Shown: positions 29,349 through 39,206 of the stretch, piece after piece
How the letters are laid out: each line of letters begins with the position of its first letter
How positions within the stretch are numbered: the first letter of the stretch is position 1
Assembly (NCBI GenBank): GCA_030666865.1
Contig: DAOUWZ010000003.1
Location: 19,873 to 83,872, forward strand
Direction: 5' to 3'
Origin: a bacterium
GTDB taxonomy: Bacteria; Patescibacteriota; Patescibacteriia; S139-126
Length of the DNA stretch: 64,000 nucleotides
Translations under genes and position numbers: made by a program
Notes under the pieces: model-generated
Seen by the model: only the letters and a program-made list of their open reading frames with translations
Databases searched by the model: none
Told to the model about the DNA's origin: nothing

Positions 29349-30755
29349 ATGATTATTTTTTTTAAAAAGTTAATATTTTTATTGATTTTAATAGCCTGTA
29401 TTTTTTATGGGTTTGTTTTATATAGATATTTTCACCCATTACCTGAATCAGGTAGTTATCAAGAGCAACGTGATGAAATTTTGGCAATTGTAAATGCAGA
29501 AGAGTTTGATGTTGAAAATTTTAAAGAATTATTACAAGAACAAGCTGATTTTAAGGTTTCTGGGTGGCCGAAAAGATATTGGTATTCAGTAACATTCAAT
29601 GATCCTCAAGGCGGGATTACAATTTATCATGATACTATGATGGCCTTGGCGTTTGGTATTAAACGTCTTTATGAAGCAGAAGATCCGCTTTTTGAAACAG
29701 ATAGAATAGTTAACAATATTTTGAATAAGCGTTCTTATCTATGGCACGATTTACCCGGATCAAATCATTATGCTAGGGAGTTTGCTGGGTTAGCCGCGCT
29801 TGCCAATATTATTGGCGATACCAGGTATGAAATATATAAAGAAAAATTACACAAGTCTGTTGCCAAACTTTTTGATAAAAATGGTTCGCCACTTGAAGGA
29901 GTTTCATATGGATTGTATACTGTCAAAATGTTAGTTCCTTATGTTTATCTAACCAATGATCAAGAAATGAAGCAGGTAATAAGTAATTTTCATAAATGGC
30001 TAGAATCAGTCGCAGCTGCTGATGGTGATTTGCCGCTATTTGAAGATTCAGCGGCTTTGCAGTTGCCATTAACACCTTCATATTTTAAAGCAGCGAATGA
30101 AACGTTTTTTGCCTGGTTGGGATTTAGCAGTTTTACAGGCATTACCAACAATGCCAATGAAACTGTTTTTAGAAGGGCAAACTATACCTTATGGCATCGG
30201 CATCGGATAAATAATGTTGGTTTAAATTTACACAAACATTTTTCTGCGCTTGATATACAATTAAAAACAAATAAACACTGGTGGCTGGTAGGTTCAGGTT
30301 ATCCAGGCTGGGATCAAAAATTCGATAAGCCATATTTGCAAAACATAGTAACTAGAAAGAAAATGCTGACTAATAATTGGTGGTGGCGAATAAGCAGTTT
30401 GTTTTTTAGACAAAAACCAAAAGTATCCAATCAGAAGGGTGTATACAAAACATCGCTTGGTATTGTTAATAGAGAAATTATTAGTAGTGATAATAATATT
30501 GAGATTAAGGATTCTTGCGCCAAAGAAATTAAGGTTATCTGGAATATTAAGGGTGAAATGATAGAAAAATCCAAGATTGACAATGTTTATAAATTTGTTT
30601 TGCAACAAGATGATGAAACCATGACCATGATTATTTCTGGCACAGAAGCATTAAAAGAATATAAAGGTAAGCATGCCCTGCAAAAAAATAAAATTTTTGA
30701 ACACACCGTTTTAGAAATAAGCGGAAAGGACATTACAACAAATTTTCAGTTTTAA
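29349..30755 (+). CDS. Membrane-anchored heparinase II/III (alginate-lyase)-like protein
   Basis: N-terminal TM; SNH, EGVSYG, DGDLPLFEDS, HKH motifs. Confidence 0.55.
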   Translation: MIIFFKKLIFLLILIACIFYGFVLYRYFHPLPESGSYQEQRDEILAIVNAEEFDVENFKELLQEQADFKVSGWPKRYWYSVTFNDPQGGITIYHDTMMALAFGIKRLYEAEDPLFETDRIVNNILNKRSYLWHDLPGSNHYAREFAGLAALANIIGDTRYEIYKEKLHKSVAKLFDKNGSPLEGVSYGLYTVKMLVPYVYLTNDQEMKQVISNFHKWLESVAAADGDLPLFEDSAALQLPLTPSYFKAANETFFAWLGFSSFTGITNNANETVFRRANYTLWHRHRINNVGLNLHKHFSALDIQLKTNKHWWLVGSGYPGWDQKFDKPYLQNIVTRKKMLTNNWWWRISSLFFRQKPKVSNQKGVYKTSLGIVNREIISSDNNIEIKDSCAKEIKVIWNIKGEMIEKSKIDNVYKFVLQQDDETMTMIISGTEALKEYKGKHALQKNKIFEHTVLEISGKDITTNFQF

Positions 30756-30765
30756 AATTTACAAT

Positions 30766-30927
30766 AGACTTATTGTATAATTAATTCCTACTGCAATTTC
30801 CAAATTTAGGTCAAATTTTCTAAAAATTTTTTCAGCTTAAGCTTCTAGCTAAACTTCAAAAATTGTTTAATAAATTATGACTCAAAATTTAATAATTTCG
30901 TTACAAAATTAATTATGCAATAAGTCT
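30766..30927. mobile_element. Non-autonomous MITE with ~21-bp terminal inverted repeats
   Basis: AGACTTATTGTATAATTAATT ... AATTAATTATGCAATAAGTCT (1 mismatch), flanked by AAT on both sides. Confidence 0.75.
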
Positions 30928-30928
30928 A

Positions 30929-31717
30929 ATGAAAAAGATTTTTAAATTTATAAATAAATTTTTATTTGTTGTTTTTTTATTAGCCTTAGTTATAACATTT
31001 TTTTCAAGGAATAATTATAGGCAGGTTGACAATATTCATGAAAATGTTATTTTAGAGCCTATACAGATAGAGACAAGTGATAAAGAGTTGATTCGGTTTA
31101 TTGATAATGACTATGATTATGAACTTGAGCCTTTATTTAATTATCAGGTTGATGGCTTAATAGTTCATAAAACTGATTATCGCATTTTTAGCATCAATAA
31201 AAGAACTAGCGTTTTCCCAATGGATTTATGTGTTATTTGGGGAGAAAATGTTTCCAGTAGGGTTTTTCAGAATAAGCAACTTAAGTTTTCTCAAGATTTC
31301 AGATTTTGCATGTGGCATTGGCAGGGAGATGTAAAAGTAAACAGTGATGAGATTGCTAATGTTCATTTGATTGTTAATGATGATAATTTATTGAAGAAAG
31401 TTGAGTCATTATTTAGAGGCGATCAAATACGGGTCAAAGGAAAGTTAGTTAATGTTAAAGCGAAAAGTATTGGCAAACCAGGTAAATATGATTTTGATGA
31501 GTTTTCTATGAATTCAAGTGTTTCTCGTAATGATACTGGTGCAGGCGCTTGTGAAATTTTGTATGTTGAAGATATTGAAATTTTGAAAAAATCAAATCCA
31601 ATTTCGTATTTATTATTTCAATTTAGTTTGTATGGATTGTTGATATTAATTGTGATTAATGTTTTCGTGTTTTTTAAAGAATTTTATCTTATCAGGAATA
31701 ATAAAAAACAAAATTAG
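30929..31717 (+). CDS. Membrane-anchored hypothetical protein
   Basis: N- and C-terminal TM; PMDLCVIWG, ANVHLI, SRNDTGAGACE. Confidence 0.75.
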   Translation: MKKIFKFINKFLFVVFLLALVITFFSRNNYRQVDNIHENVILEPIQIETSDKELIRFIDNDYDYELEPLFNYQVDGLIVHKTDYRIFSINKRTSVFPMDLCVIWGENVSSRVFQNKQLKFSQDFRFCMWHWQGDVKVNSDEIANVHLIVNDDNLLKKVESLFRGDQIRVKGKLVNVKAKSIGKPGKYDFDEFSMNSSVSRNDTGAGACEILYVEDIEILKKSNPISYLLFQFSLYGLLILIVINVFVFFKEFYLIRNNKKQN

Positions 31718-31761
31718 TTATTTAAAATATATTTGTAAGTTAAAAATATAAAGGGGGAATT

Positions 31762-32271
31762 ATGTTTTCCTTTAAAAAATATCCTATATTTAGGATGAAA
31801 TTTCGTATGCCGTGGAAGGATCCATTTTTTCGTTGTACTATTTTACTTCAGCGTGAACCGCTTGAGATATTAAAAATATTGATTAAGCGAAGAAACGGTA
31901 GTTGGCCATGGCAATTAATTGTTAAGAAAGAGCTTGATAAAAGAAAGGTGCATGAAAATGTTGGAGCATATATTAAATCAGAAATAGCGCTTATGAAGGA
32001 TGATAAAAATAAATATTTTGCTTATGAAAGATTACATGCCGGTGAATCTGATGTTGATGTTTCTGATAGTGAAGCTTGCAATTATTTTGCAACAGCTAGT
32101 AATGGTCCTATTGAATATGCTCGTCGCAATGTTGCTTGGCCGACAACAGATAAAATTGAACGACCGTTTAGAAAAGTAGAAAAAATAGTAGAATATTTAA
32201 AACAGTTAAAAACAGTTATTATTCGTCATTGCCGACGAAAATTTTCTTTTTACCATATCTTTCATCATTAA
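31762..32271 (+). CDS. Hypothetical protein
   Basis: 169-aa ORF with SD AAGGGGG and downstream hairpin. Confidence 0.55.
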   Translation: MFSFKKYPIFRMKFRMPWKDPFFRCTILLQREPLEILKILIKRRNGSWPWQLIVKKELDKRKVHENVGAYIKSEIALMKDDKNKYFAYERLHAGESDVDVSDSEACNYFATASNGPIEYARRNVAWPTTDKIERPFRKVEKIVEYLKQLKTVIIRHCRRKFSFYHIFHH

Positions 32272-32392
32272 ATTTGGATTCTTATACGAAAAGCCCCACC
32301 AAAAACTGGGGTTTTTATTTGACATTAAATATATTTTAATTTAAATTAAAACAACGCTCGTTAATAATTTGATTGTTTAATTTGGAGGATTT

Positions 32393-32914
32393 ATGTTTAA
32401 TAAGTATGTTTTTTGGGTAAGGGAATTCCCACGCGGGTCAGCTTTTTTTCAATTTGCCTTACTAGGTACTATTGGTGAGTTAGGCGGGTTGTTAATTAAA
32501 ATGGCAAATTGGTTTCCTTGGAATATCCAAACTTTATTTTTGAAAATATTAGCTTGGGGCATTCTGGGAATTATTATTAAATACGGCTTTGTCGGTATGA
32601 AAGGTTTTGTTAGAGCTCAGGTAGAAGCAGGATTTTTATCTAAAAAATATTTAACTGGTTGGCGCTGGGCATTTGTCGTTTCTTTGGTTACCAATATTTT
32701 TTTTGGACCAGTAATGATGTTTATTCATCGCTTGGAAGATAATTTGATTGTTGGGGAATGGAATATGGCAGGACTCGAGTTTGCTTGGTTGACGCTTTTA
32801 TGGTTTTGGATTCCGGCTCATACTATTACTTTTAAATTAAAAGAGGAATACCAAATCGGCATAGCTGCTATTTGGTCAATAGCCTTGGGAATAATCCTAG
32901 GAATTTATATGTAA
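32393..32914 (+). CDS. Mpv17/PMP22-like membrane protein
   Basis: Multiple TM; TNIFFGP, FWIPAHTITF, W..ALGIIL; TTGACA promoter and GGAGG SD. Confidence 0.7.
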   Translation: MFNKYVFWVREFPRGSAFFQFALLGTIGELGGLLIKMANWFPWNIQTLFLKILAWGILGIIIKYGFVGMKGFVRAQVEAGFLSKKYLTGWRWAFVVSLVTNIFFGPVMMFIHRLEDNLIVGEWNMAGLEFAWLTLLWFWIPAHTITFKLKEEYQIGIAAIWSIALGIILGIYM

Positions 32915-33336
32915 GATTAATCAGAGGAGGTTTTATGGCAATTCCAGCAGAAGCAAAGTCAGGTGATTATTGTGATCGGTATAATAAGGGATGTGACGGA
33001 GTGCTGAGTCTAAGAAATATATGAGGCACGATTTATTTGCATGCAGTTTGCATGCAAATAAATCTGATCATCGCCGGGAAGCAAATGGAAAAGAGGAGAG
33101 ACAGTATTACAATGGAAATCGTTAGCCGTTGAAGGTTAACTAAGGAGCTTGTTTAGGCAGGCTCCTTCTTTTATTTCCTAAATTGTTATTCCGTGTTTGC
33201 CTCGTTCGCTTTTGGAGGGATGTGGAATCTCATAATATTATATTAAAGTAAGATCTTGATCCTGTGACCGCAGGGCAGAAATGTAGGGTAGAATAATTAG
33301 AGCTTGGCGTTGAGTTGACTTTTTGTTATAAATAGT

Positions 33337-34632
33337 TTATTTTTTCATAGCAATAACAATATCCCCAACATTGGTGCCGGTGGGGCCGGTAGTTATATGA
33401 GAGTTAAGTTTTTTGAAAAAAGTATATGAGTCGTTATTATTTAGGTAGTGATTGATATTTAAACTTTTATTTTGTGATTTTTTATAAGTATTATAATTCA
33501 CCAAAGCGCCAGCTACTGGTTGCGGACAAAAACCGTCAATCCCATCAGTACCAAAGCTAGCTAGGGTAATATTTTTTAATAAATTTTTAGGAATCAGTTT
33601 TAAAATAGTTAAAGCGAATTCTTGATTGCGTCCGCCATGACCTTGTCCGCGAACTTTAACTACAGTTTCTCCGCCAGCTATCAGGCAAGTATTTGGTGGT
33701 ATTTTTTTTATTAATTCTACAAACTCTTTAGCACTTTGTCTGACTTCACCTTGCAGGAAATTAGACATTGATATAGTTTGATATCCTATTTTTTTGGCTT
33801 CACTGGTAGCCGCTTTAAGCATAGTGTTATTATCGCCAATTATTTTATTAATTACTTTTTTATTTTTGAATACCCTGTCTCGACTAGTTGGAGTATCAGG
33901 GATTTTTTTATTTAAACCTAATTGTAAATGTTTTTTTACGCTATCCGGTATCTTATTGATTAATTTATATTTATTTAAAACTTGCCAAGCTTGTTTAAAT
34001 GTTGATGGATCAGGCACGGTAGGTCCTGACGCAATAGAAGGTAAGTGACTATCCATAACATCAGATATTATCAGCGATATTGTTTTGGCTGGATAAATAG
34101 TTTTGGCTAATTGTCCGCCTTTGACTTGGGACAAGTGTTTGCGGATGATATTTATTTCTTGAATAGTAGCACTAGTGTGTTTAACCAGTAGTTCAAATGT
34201 TTTAGCTAAATCTTTTAGAGTTATGCCTTTCGCGGGCACAGTAAATAAAGCACTGCCGCCGCCAGAGATTAAACACAGCACCAAATCATTGCTTTTGGCA
34301 GAATTTATTAAAGTTAATATTTTTTTGGAATTAATAAATCCAGTTTGACAGGGTAAAGGGTGGCAAGCTTTTTGTAATTTAATTTTTTGCAGTTTATTAT
34401 TTCGTGGTAGATTAGGCACATTGACTAATCCTTTGGTTATTTTTTTGCCAAGTATTTTTTCTGCACCCAAAGCCATTTTATATCCAGCTTTGCCAAAACC
34501 AATTACATAGATGTGTTTGTATTTACCAATTATATTATTTTTATTTAAAAAATCAGCAGTTAATTTTTCTGGATCAATTGCCAAAAGCGCTTGATTGATT
34601 ATTTTCTGTAAATTTTGTTTAGTATTATTCAT
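33337..34632 (-). CDS. Glycerate 2-kinase (MOFRL/TtuD family)
   Basis: GFGKAG, HPLP, ISGGGSAL, KHLSQVKGG, GGET, GGRNQE, GTDGIDG, TGPTGTNVGD. Confidence 0.92.
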   Translation of the reverse strand: MNNTKQNLQKIINQALLAIDPEKLTADFLNKNNIIGKYKHIYVIGFGKAGYKMALGAEKILGKKITKGLVNVPNLPRNNKLQKIKLQKACHPLPCQTGFINSKKILTLINSAKSNDLVLCLISGGGSALFTVPAKGITLKDLAKTFELLVKHTSATIQEINIIRKHLSQVKGGQLAKTIYPAKTISLIISDVMDSHLPSIASGPTVPDPSTFKQAWQVLNKYKLINKIPDSVKKHLQLGLNKKIPDTPTSRDRVFKNKKVINKIIGDNNTMLKAATSEAKKIGYQTISMSNFLQGEVRQSAKEFVELIKKIPPNTCLIAGGETVVKVRGQGHGGRNQEFALTILKLIPKNLLKNITLASFGTDGIDGFCPQPVAGALVNYNTYKKSQNKSLNINHYLNNNDSYTFFKKLNSHITTGPTGTNVGDIVIAMKK

Positions 34633-34653
34633 ATCTGAATTATATCACAATTA

Positions 34654-34685
34654 AATTAAATACTTATTTAAATAAGTATTTAATT
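34654..34685. promoter_or_regulatory. Perfect 32-bp palindrome in the divergent promoter region
   Basis: AATTAAATACTTATTTAAATAAGTATTTAATT. Confidence 0.6.
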
Positions 34686-34775
34686 CTTTAATATAAAATT
34701 AATGTCTGAGCAAAAGTGGTTTATTTGATTGTTTTTTGCTAAAATAATAGTACTTTAAATATTAGTATAAATATC

Positions 34776-35780
34776 ATGCCAAACAATATTGCTTTTATTT
34801 CTTGCGAGTCGTGGGAAAAAGAATATTTAAAAAATAAATTTAAGGGTAATCGTGTAAAATTTTTTGAACAGTTAACCTGTGAAGCTGATTATGCCAAATT
34901 ACAACAGTTTGATATTATCAGCGGTTTTATCAATACTTCTTTTCAAGCAAAGAATCTCGCTAAACTGAAAAATTTAAAATATATTACTACCAGATCAACT
35001 GGTTTTGATCACATTGATATTAAACAGGCAAAAAAAATGGGAATTAAAGTCAGTAATGTGCCGTTGTATGGCGCTAACACTGTGGCTGAACATACTTTTG
35101 CTTTGATTTTAACACTATCTCGTAAGATTTATGAATCAATTGAACGTACAAAAAAATCTGATTTCTTGCTGGACGGCTTAAGGGGTTTTGATTTAAAAGG
35201 CAAAACTATTGGCGTGATTGGAACCGGCAGTATTGGTGAACACGTAGTTCGTATGGCTGATGGTTTTCAAATGAATATTTTGATGTACGATGTTTTCAAA
35301 AATACTAGATTAGTAAAAAAATATAAAGGCAAGTATGTTACTTTAACTAAACTTTTAAAAGAGTCTGATATTATTACTTTGCATCTACCGTATAATAAAG
35401 CTACACATCATTTATTAAATGCTAAGAATATTAAGAATATTAAATCTGGCTCTTATTTGATTAATACTGCCAGAGGCGGACTGGTTGAGACCAAAGCGTT
35501 TATCAAAGCTTTAACCTCAGGACAATTAGCTGGTGCCGGACTTGATGTACTGGAGGAGGAGGGGTTGATAAAAGAGGAGATTCAGTTGTTGGATCGACAA
35601 ACTTCACGAGAGAAATTAAGTGCGGTTTTGCAGGATCATATTTTATTGAAAATGGATAATGTGATTGTTACTCCACATAATGCCTTTAATTCAGGGGAAG
35701 CTTTGCAAAGAATTCTGAATACCACAGTGGAGAATATTGAAAGATTTATTAAAGGCAAGCCTATTAATTTGGTGAATTAA
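34776..35780 (+). CDS. D-2-hydroxyacid dehydrogenase (D-lactate dehydrogenase-like)
   Basis: RSTGFDHID, VAEH, GVIGTGSIG, INTARG, LDVLEEE, TPHNAF. Confidence 0.9.
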   Translation: MPNNIAFISCESWEKEYLKNKFKGNRVKFFEQLTCEADYAKLQQFDIISGFINTSFQAKNLAKLKNLKYITTRSTGFDHIDIKQAKKMGIKVSNVPLYGANTVAEHTFALILTLSRKIYESIERTKKSDFLLDGLRGFDLKGKTIGVIGTGSIGEHVVRMADGFQMNILMYDVFKNTRLVKKYKGKYVTLTKLLKESDIITLHLPYNKATHHLLNAKNIKNIKSGSYLINTARGGLVETKAFIKALTSGQLAGAGLDVLEEEGLIKEEIQLLDRQTSREKLSAVLQDHILLKMDNVIVTPHNAFNSGEALQRILNTTVENIERFIKGKPINLVN

Positions 35781-35803
35781 AAGAAACAAGACACAATAAT
35801 AAT

Positions 35804-35935
35804 AAATTCTAAGCACGAAATTCTAAATCCTGAACAAATCATAAATTCAAATGATATAAGCTCAAAACAAGTTTAGAATATTTTAATTTTGATATTTGGA
35901 TTTGTTTTGAGGTTAGATGCTAGAATTTAGAGTTT
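35804..35935. repeat. Imperfect inverted repeat built from 7-nt units
   Basis: AAATTCTAAGCACGAAATTCTAAATCCTGAACAAATC ... GATTTGTTTTGAGGTTAGATGCTAGAATTTAGAGTTT. Confidence 0.6.
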
Positions 35936-36060
35936 ATTTGATTAATTCGTATCTCGCATCCTTATTTTTTGAGATTCAATCAGTATTGATCGAAATTAAA
36001 TTATTTGTTATCATATTCTTAGCTACCGTATAAAAATAATTAATTATTAGTTTTAAGCAC

Positions 36061-36288
36061 ATGGCTCAGAAAGTTAAAAAGATTGAAGTTGATAGAGAGC
36101 TTTGTATTGGCGCGGCTTCTTGTATTGGCGTCGCTCCTGAGGCTTGGGAATTGGATGAAGAAAATATTGCGATTTTGAAAAAAAGCTGGACAGATCTGGA
36201 CGATGATATATTGATTGCTTCAGCAGAAAGTTGTCCAACCAAAGCAATTTTTGTGTACGGAGAAAATGATGAGCAAATATTCCCCTAA
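36061..36288 (+). CDS. Single-cluster ferredoxin, probably [3Fe-4S]
   Basis: CIGAASC (second Cys replaced by Ala) ... CPTKAI. Confidence 0.88.
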   Translation: MAQKVKKIEVDRELCIGAASCIGVAPEAWELDEENIAILKKSWTDLDDDILIASAESCPTKAIFVYGENDEQIFP

Positions 36289-36634
36289 AAAATTATCTAT
36301 ACCCCTTCGCTTTCATAATTTTAATTTTTTAGTTTGAATAAATATTCAACTTTACTCGTAGTTAGTGTAATTTTGGCATATAGCTTCGGGGTATTATACG
36401 GAATTATTTAATTAGTTGAGTATAAAAATAATTTATAAGCAAGTTTTAAATAAACACTTCAGCAACGAGAAGTGTTTATTTTTTTGTTTGGTTTTATTAT
36501 AATGGAAACCTATTTCGCGTCCGCGGGATATGTTTCCATTTAAGCATAGTAGTAGTTGTTGTTGTTTTATTGATTTTTTGTAAAAGTTGTGTTATAATAG
36601 CTTTATAAAATAAAAATAAAATTAATGAAAATAT

Positions 36635-38770
36635 ATGGTCACTAAACAAAAATTTAATATTTCTTTGGCGATGGTAGTAATGTTTTTTGCATTGCTATTT
36701 TTTATTCCCACGGAATCCAAAGCTGGCACCTGCGGAATAATTGCTGATTATGAGACACCGGTTCTCACAGCAACCGCCAATGGGGAGGGGGTTTTTTTAG
36801 AATGGGACAAAATTGATAACAGTAATTTCAAGAATTATATCGTGGTGATATCAAGAAATAATTCAGAGCCGTATTATAGCGCTTATGGATATTTGACCAA
36901 AATTACCAATCCCGACACTACTGCTTATATAGTTGATAATTCAGTGAATTATACTAGTGGTGATTTTACCTCGCCTCTAGAAGCTAATGAGAGTTATTAT
37001 TTTGTTTTATCTGTTGAATATGAATGCGGTCTTGTTAAAACTTCTGAAGCCGTGCAAGTTATTTATCCTGAATTGAATCCGCCCGATCTTATCACTCCGT
37101 CACTTTCCAGTTTGGTTAAAGATGACGGCAGTATTATTTTGAATTGGAATGATATTGATCATGAATATTTAAAAAATTATCGAGTAGTAATTTCAAGTTT
37201 TGATTCTACTCCGAATTATCCAGATAATGGTTACCTAGCCACAGCTAATGTAGGTGAAACTAGCAAAACAGTAGACAATTCAGTGAAATATACAGCTGGC
37301 GATATTGATTCTTATTTGCAGTCAGGCAGTTATTATTATTTTTCTGTTACTAGTCATTATCAGATAAATTCAGTTGATTATTATACTACCAGTAATATTT
37401 TGCGAATTAAATATAATGGTCCATCAGCTGATAATTATGCCTACTATCAAACTCCTAATATTACTAAAGTTCATCCAGATTCCAGTGGTATTAAATTGGA
37501 ATGGGACAGTATCGAAGATACTAGATTGAATGGTTATCAAATTATTATTGGTTATGATGCCAGTCCGATTTACTCGCAAGGATATTTGGTTACTTTGGGA
37601 ACAGATATAAGTAGCTATACTATAGATAATAGCACTGCTTATATTGAGGGAAATTTTGGTAAATATTTGGAATACGGGGAAATTTATAATTACGCCGTGG
37701 TTGCTTTGTATAATAACAATATTCAACGTACATCTGCAGCTCAACCACAGCAGTATAAAGGTCCTTTGCCCGTAGAATCTGATTATTTACAATTTTTTTT
37801 AGCATCTACTAAAGGCGGAATGTTTACTAGTTGGAACAGATTGAAAGATTGGCGTTTAACTGGCTATAAATTTATTATTTCTAAGGATAATGCCAGTCCG
37901 ACATATCCAGGTAACGGGTATTATACTGATATTAAAGGAGCTGACGGAGAATATGATAAAAACGCTTCAAGCTATAATATTGTTGGCGGTATTCAAAATA
38001 AAGATGGTGATTTTGATTTTTTGGAAGAAGGACAAAGTTACTATATAGTTTTGGCGGCTATTTTGAATAATGGTGAGATTATTCATTCAAATGTAATTCA
38101 AGCTACATACCTTGGTGATGATGAAGAGGTGACGCCACCAAGTTTTATTCAATCAACTAATTCTGTTAGCAATGCAACTGTTGAAGCAGAAAAATTATTA
38201 GTAACTAACGTAGATCAAGGATTAATAAATAGATTGAGAGGATACATATTATTGCAAGTAGAAAATAATGGTGAAGCCTGGTATATTGATCCTAATTCTG
38301 ATAAAAAATATTACTTAAGGGACAGGGAGGTAGCTTTTACTGCTTTGAGAGAATTTGGTCTGGGTATTACCAATCAGGATATTAGCAAAATTCCGATTGG
38401 TTTAGAGTCAAGATTTATAGATGTTGACTCAGATGGAGACGGTTTGGGTGATAAATTGGAAGAAGGATTAGGAACAGATCCCGAAAAAGCTGATTCAGAC
38501 GGTGATGGGTATGGTGACGGTGAAGAAATTTCCAGTGGTTATAATCCCAATGGTCCAGGCTCTCTAAATTTTGATGACAGTATGGTCAGTCGTTTGCAGG
38601 GGCGAATATTATTGCAAGTAGAATCAGGCGGGCAAGCATGGTATATAAATCCAATGGACGGAAAAAGGTATTATATGAAAGACGGTCAAGCAGCTTATGA
38701 TATAATGAGATTTTTATCACTTGGTATTACTAATACTGATTTAAGAAAAATAAGTGTTGGAGATTTATAA
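36635..38770 (+). CDS. Secreted protein: four Fn3-like repeats, DxDxDG Ca-binding repeats, duplicated GxILLQVExxGxAWYI domain
   Basis: Signal peptide; repeats W..I......Y..VIS.....P.Y...GY; DSDGDG twice. Confidence 0.8.
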   Translation: MVTKQKFNISLAMVVMFFALLFFIPTESKAGTCGIIADYETPVLTATANGEGVFLEWDKIDNSNFKNYIVVISRNNSEPYYSAYGYLTKITNPDTTAYIVDNSVNYTSGDFTSPLEANESYYFVLSVEYECGLVKTSEAVQVIYPELNPPDLITPSLSSLVKDDGSIILNWNDIDHEYLKNYRVVISSFDSTPNYPDNGYLATANVGETSKTVDNSVKYTAGDIDSYLQSGSYYYFSVTSHYQINSVDYYTTSNILRIKYNGPSADNYAYYQTPNITKVHPDSSGIKLEWDSIEDTRLNGYQIIIGYDASPIYSQGYLVTLGTDISSYTIDNSTAYIEGNFGKYLEYGEIYNYAVVALYNNNIQRTSAAQPQQYKGPLPVESDYLQFFLASTKGGMFTSWNRLKDWRLTGYKFIISKDNASPTYPGNGYYTDIKGADGEYDKNASSYNIVGGIQNKDGDFDFLEEGQSYYIVLAAILNNGEIIHSNVIQATYLGDDEEVTPPSFIQSTNSVSNATVEAEKLLVTNVDQGLINRLRGYILLQVENNGEAWYIDPNSDKKYYLRDREVAFTALREFGLGITNQDISKIPIGLESRFIDVDSDGDGLGDKLEEGLGTDPEKADSDGDGYGDGEEISSGYNPNGPGSLNFDDSMVSRLQGRILLQVESGGQAWYINPMDGKRYYMKDGQAAYDIMRFLSLGITNTDLRKISVGDL

Positions 38771-38828
38771 AGCTTTTTGTAAAATTTTTAATTTGTTATA
38801 CTATTAGAAAAGGATTAATAAATTATTT

Positions 38829-39185
38829 ATGAAATTATTATTACGTTGGTTAATAAATTCTTTGATCTTAATTCTGATAGCTTATTTCGTATCAGGCATA
38901 GAGGTTTCTAGTATTTATATTGCTTTGATTACAGCTTTGTTTTTAGGTTTGGTAAATGCTTTAATTAGGCCGTTATTGATTTTGATTACTTTGCCAATCA
39001 ACATTCTAACTTTAGGATTGTTTACTTTGGTTATTAATGCTTTGCTGTTTTGGTTTGTTGCTACTTTTGTTCAAGGTTTTGAAGTGGCAAGTTTTGTGTC
39101 TGCTTTTATCGGCGCATTCTTATTAGCTATTGGGTCCTGGGTTACCAATCGTTTTATTGTTAGTGCAAAAAACAGTCAAAGATAA
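38829..39185 (+). CDS. YvlD/phage holin 4-family membrane protein
   Basis: GLVNALIRPLL..LTLPINILTLGLFTLVINA. Confidence 0.88.
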   Translation: MKLLLRWLINSLILILIAYFVSGIEVSSIYIALITALFLGLVNALIRPLLILITLPINILTLGLFTLVINALLFWFVATFVQGFEVASFVSAFIGAFLLAIGSWVTNRFIVSAKNSQR

Positions 39186-39206
39186 TTATTATTCAAAATA
39201 TAGTTT

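Noticed and set aside
32935-33125. Small ORF with strong SD (MAIPAEAKSGDYCDRYNKGCDG...) that may continue after a frameshift
   Set aside because: Only 29 codons before the stop; a frameshifted Zn-binding mini-gene cannot be supported without homologs
33183-33290. Degenerate REP/REPIN-like stretch (GTTATTCCG...GGAATC)
   Set aside because: Too degraded to define boundaries or a family from this window alone
36298-36395. Possible second MITE (ATACCCCTTCGCT ... AGCTTCGGGGTAT)
   Set aside because: The inverted match is short (10 of 13) and no second copy was seen
38829-39185. Prophage lysis module
   Set aside because: The YvlD/holin-4 family is a common chromosomal membrane protein, and no phage structural genes or endolysin lie nearby
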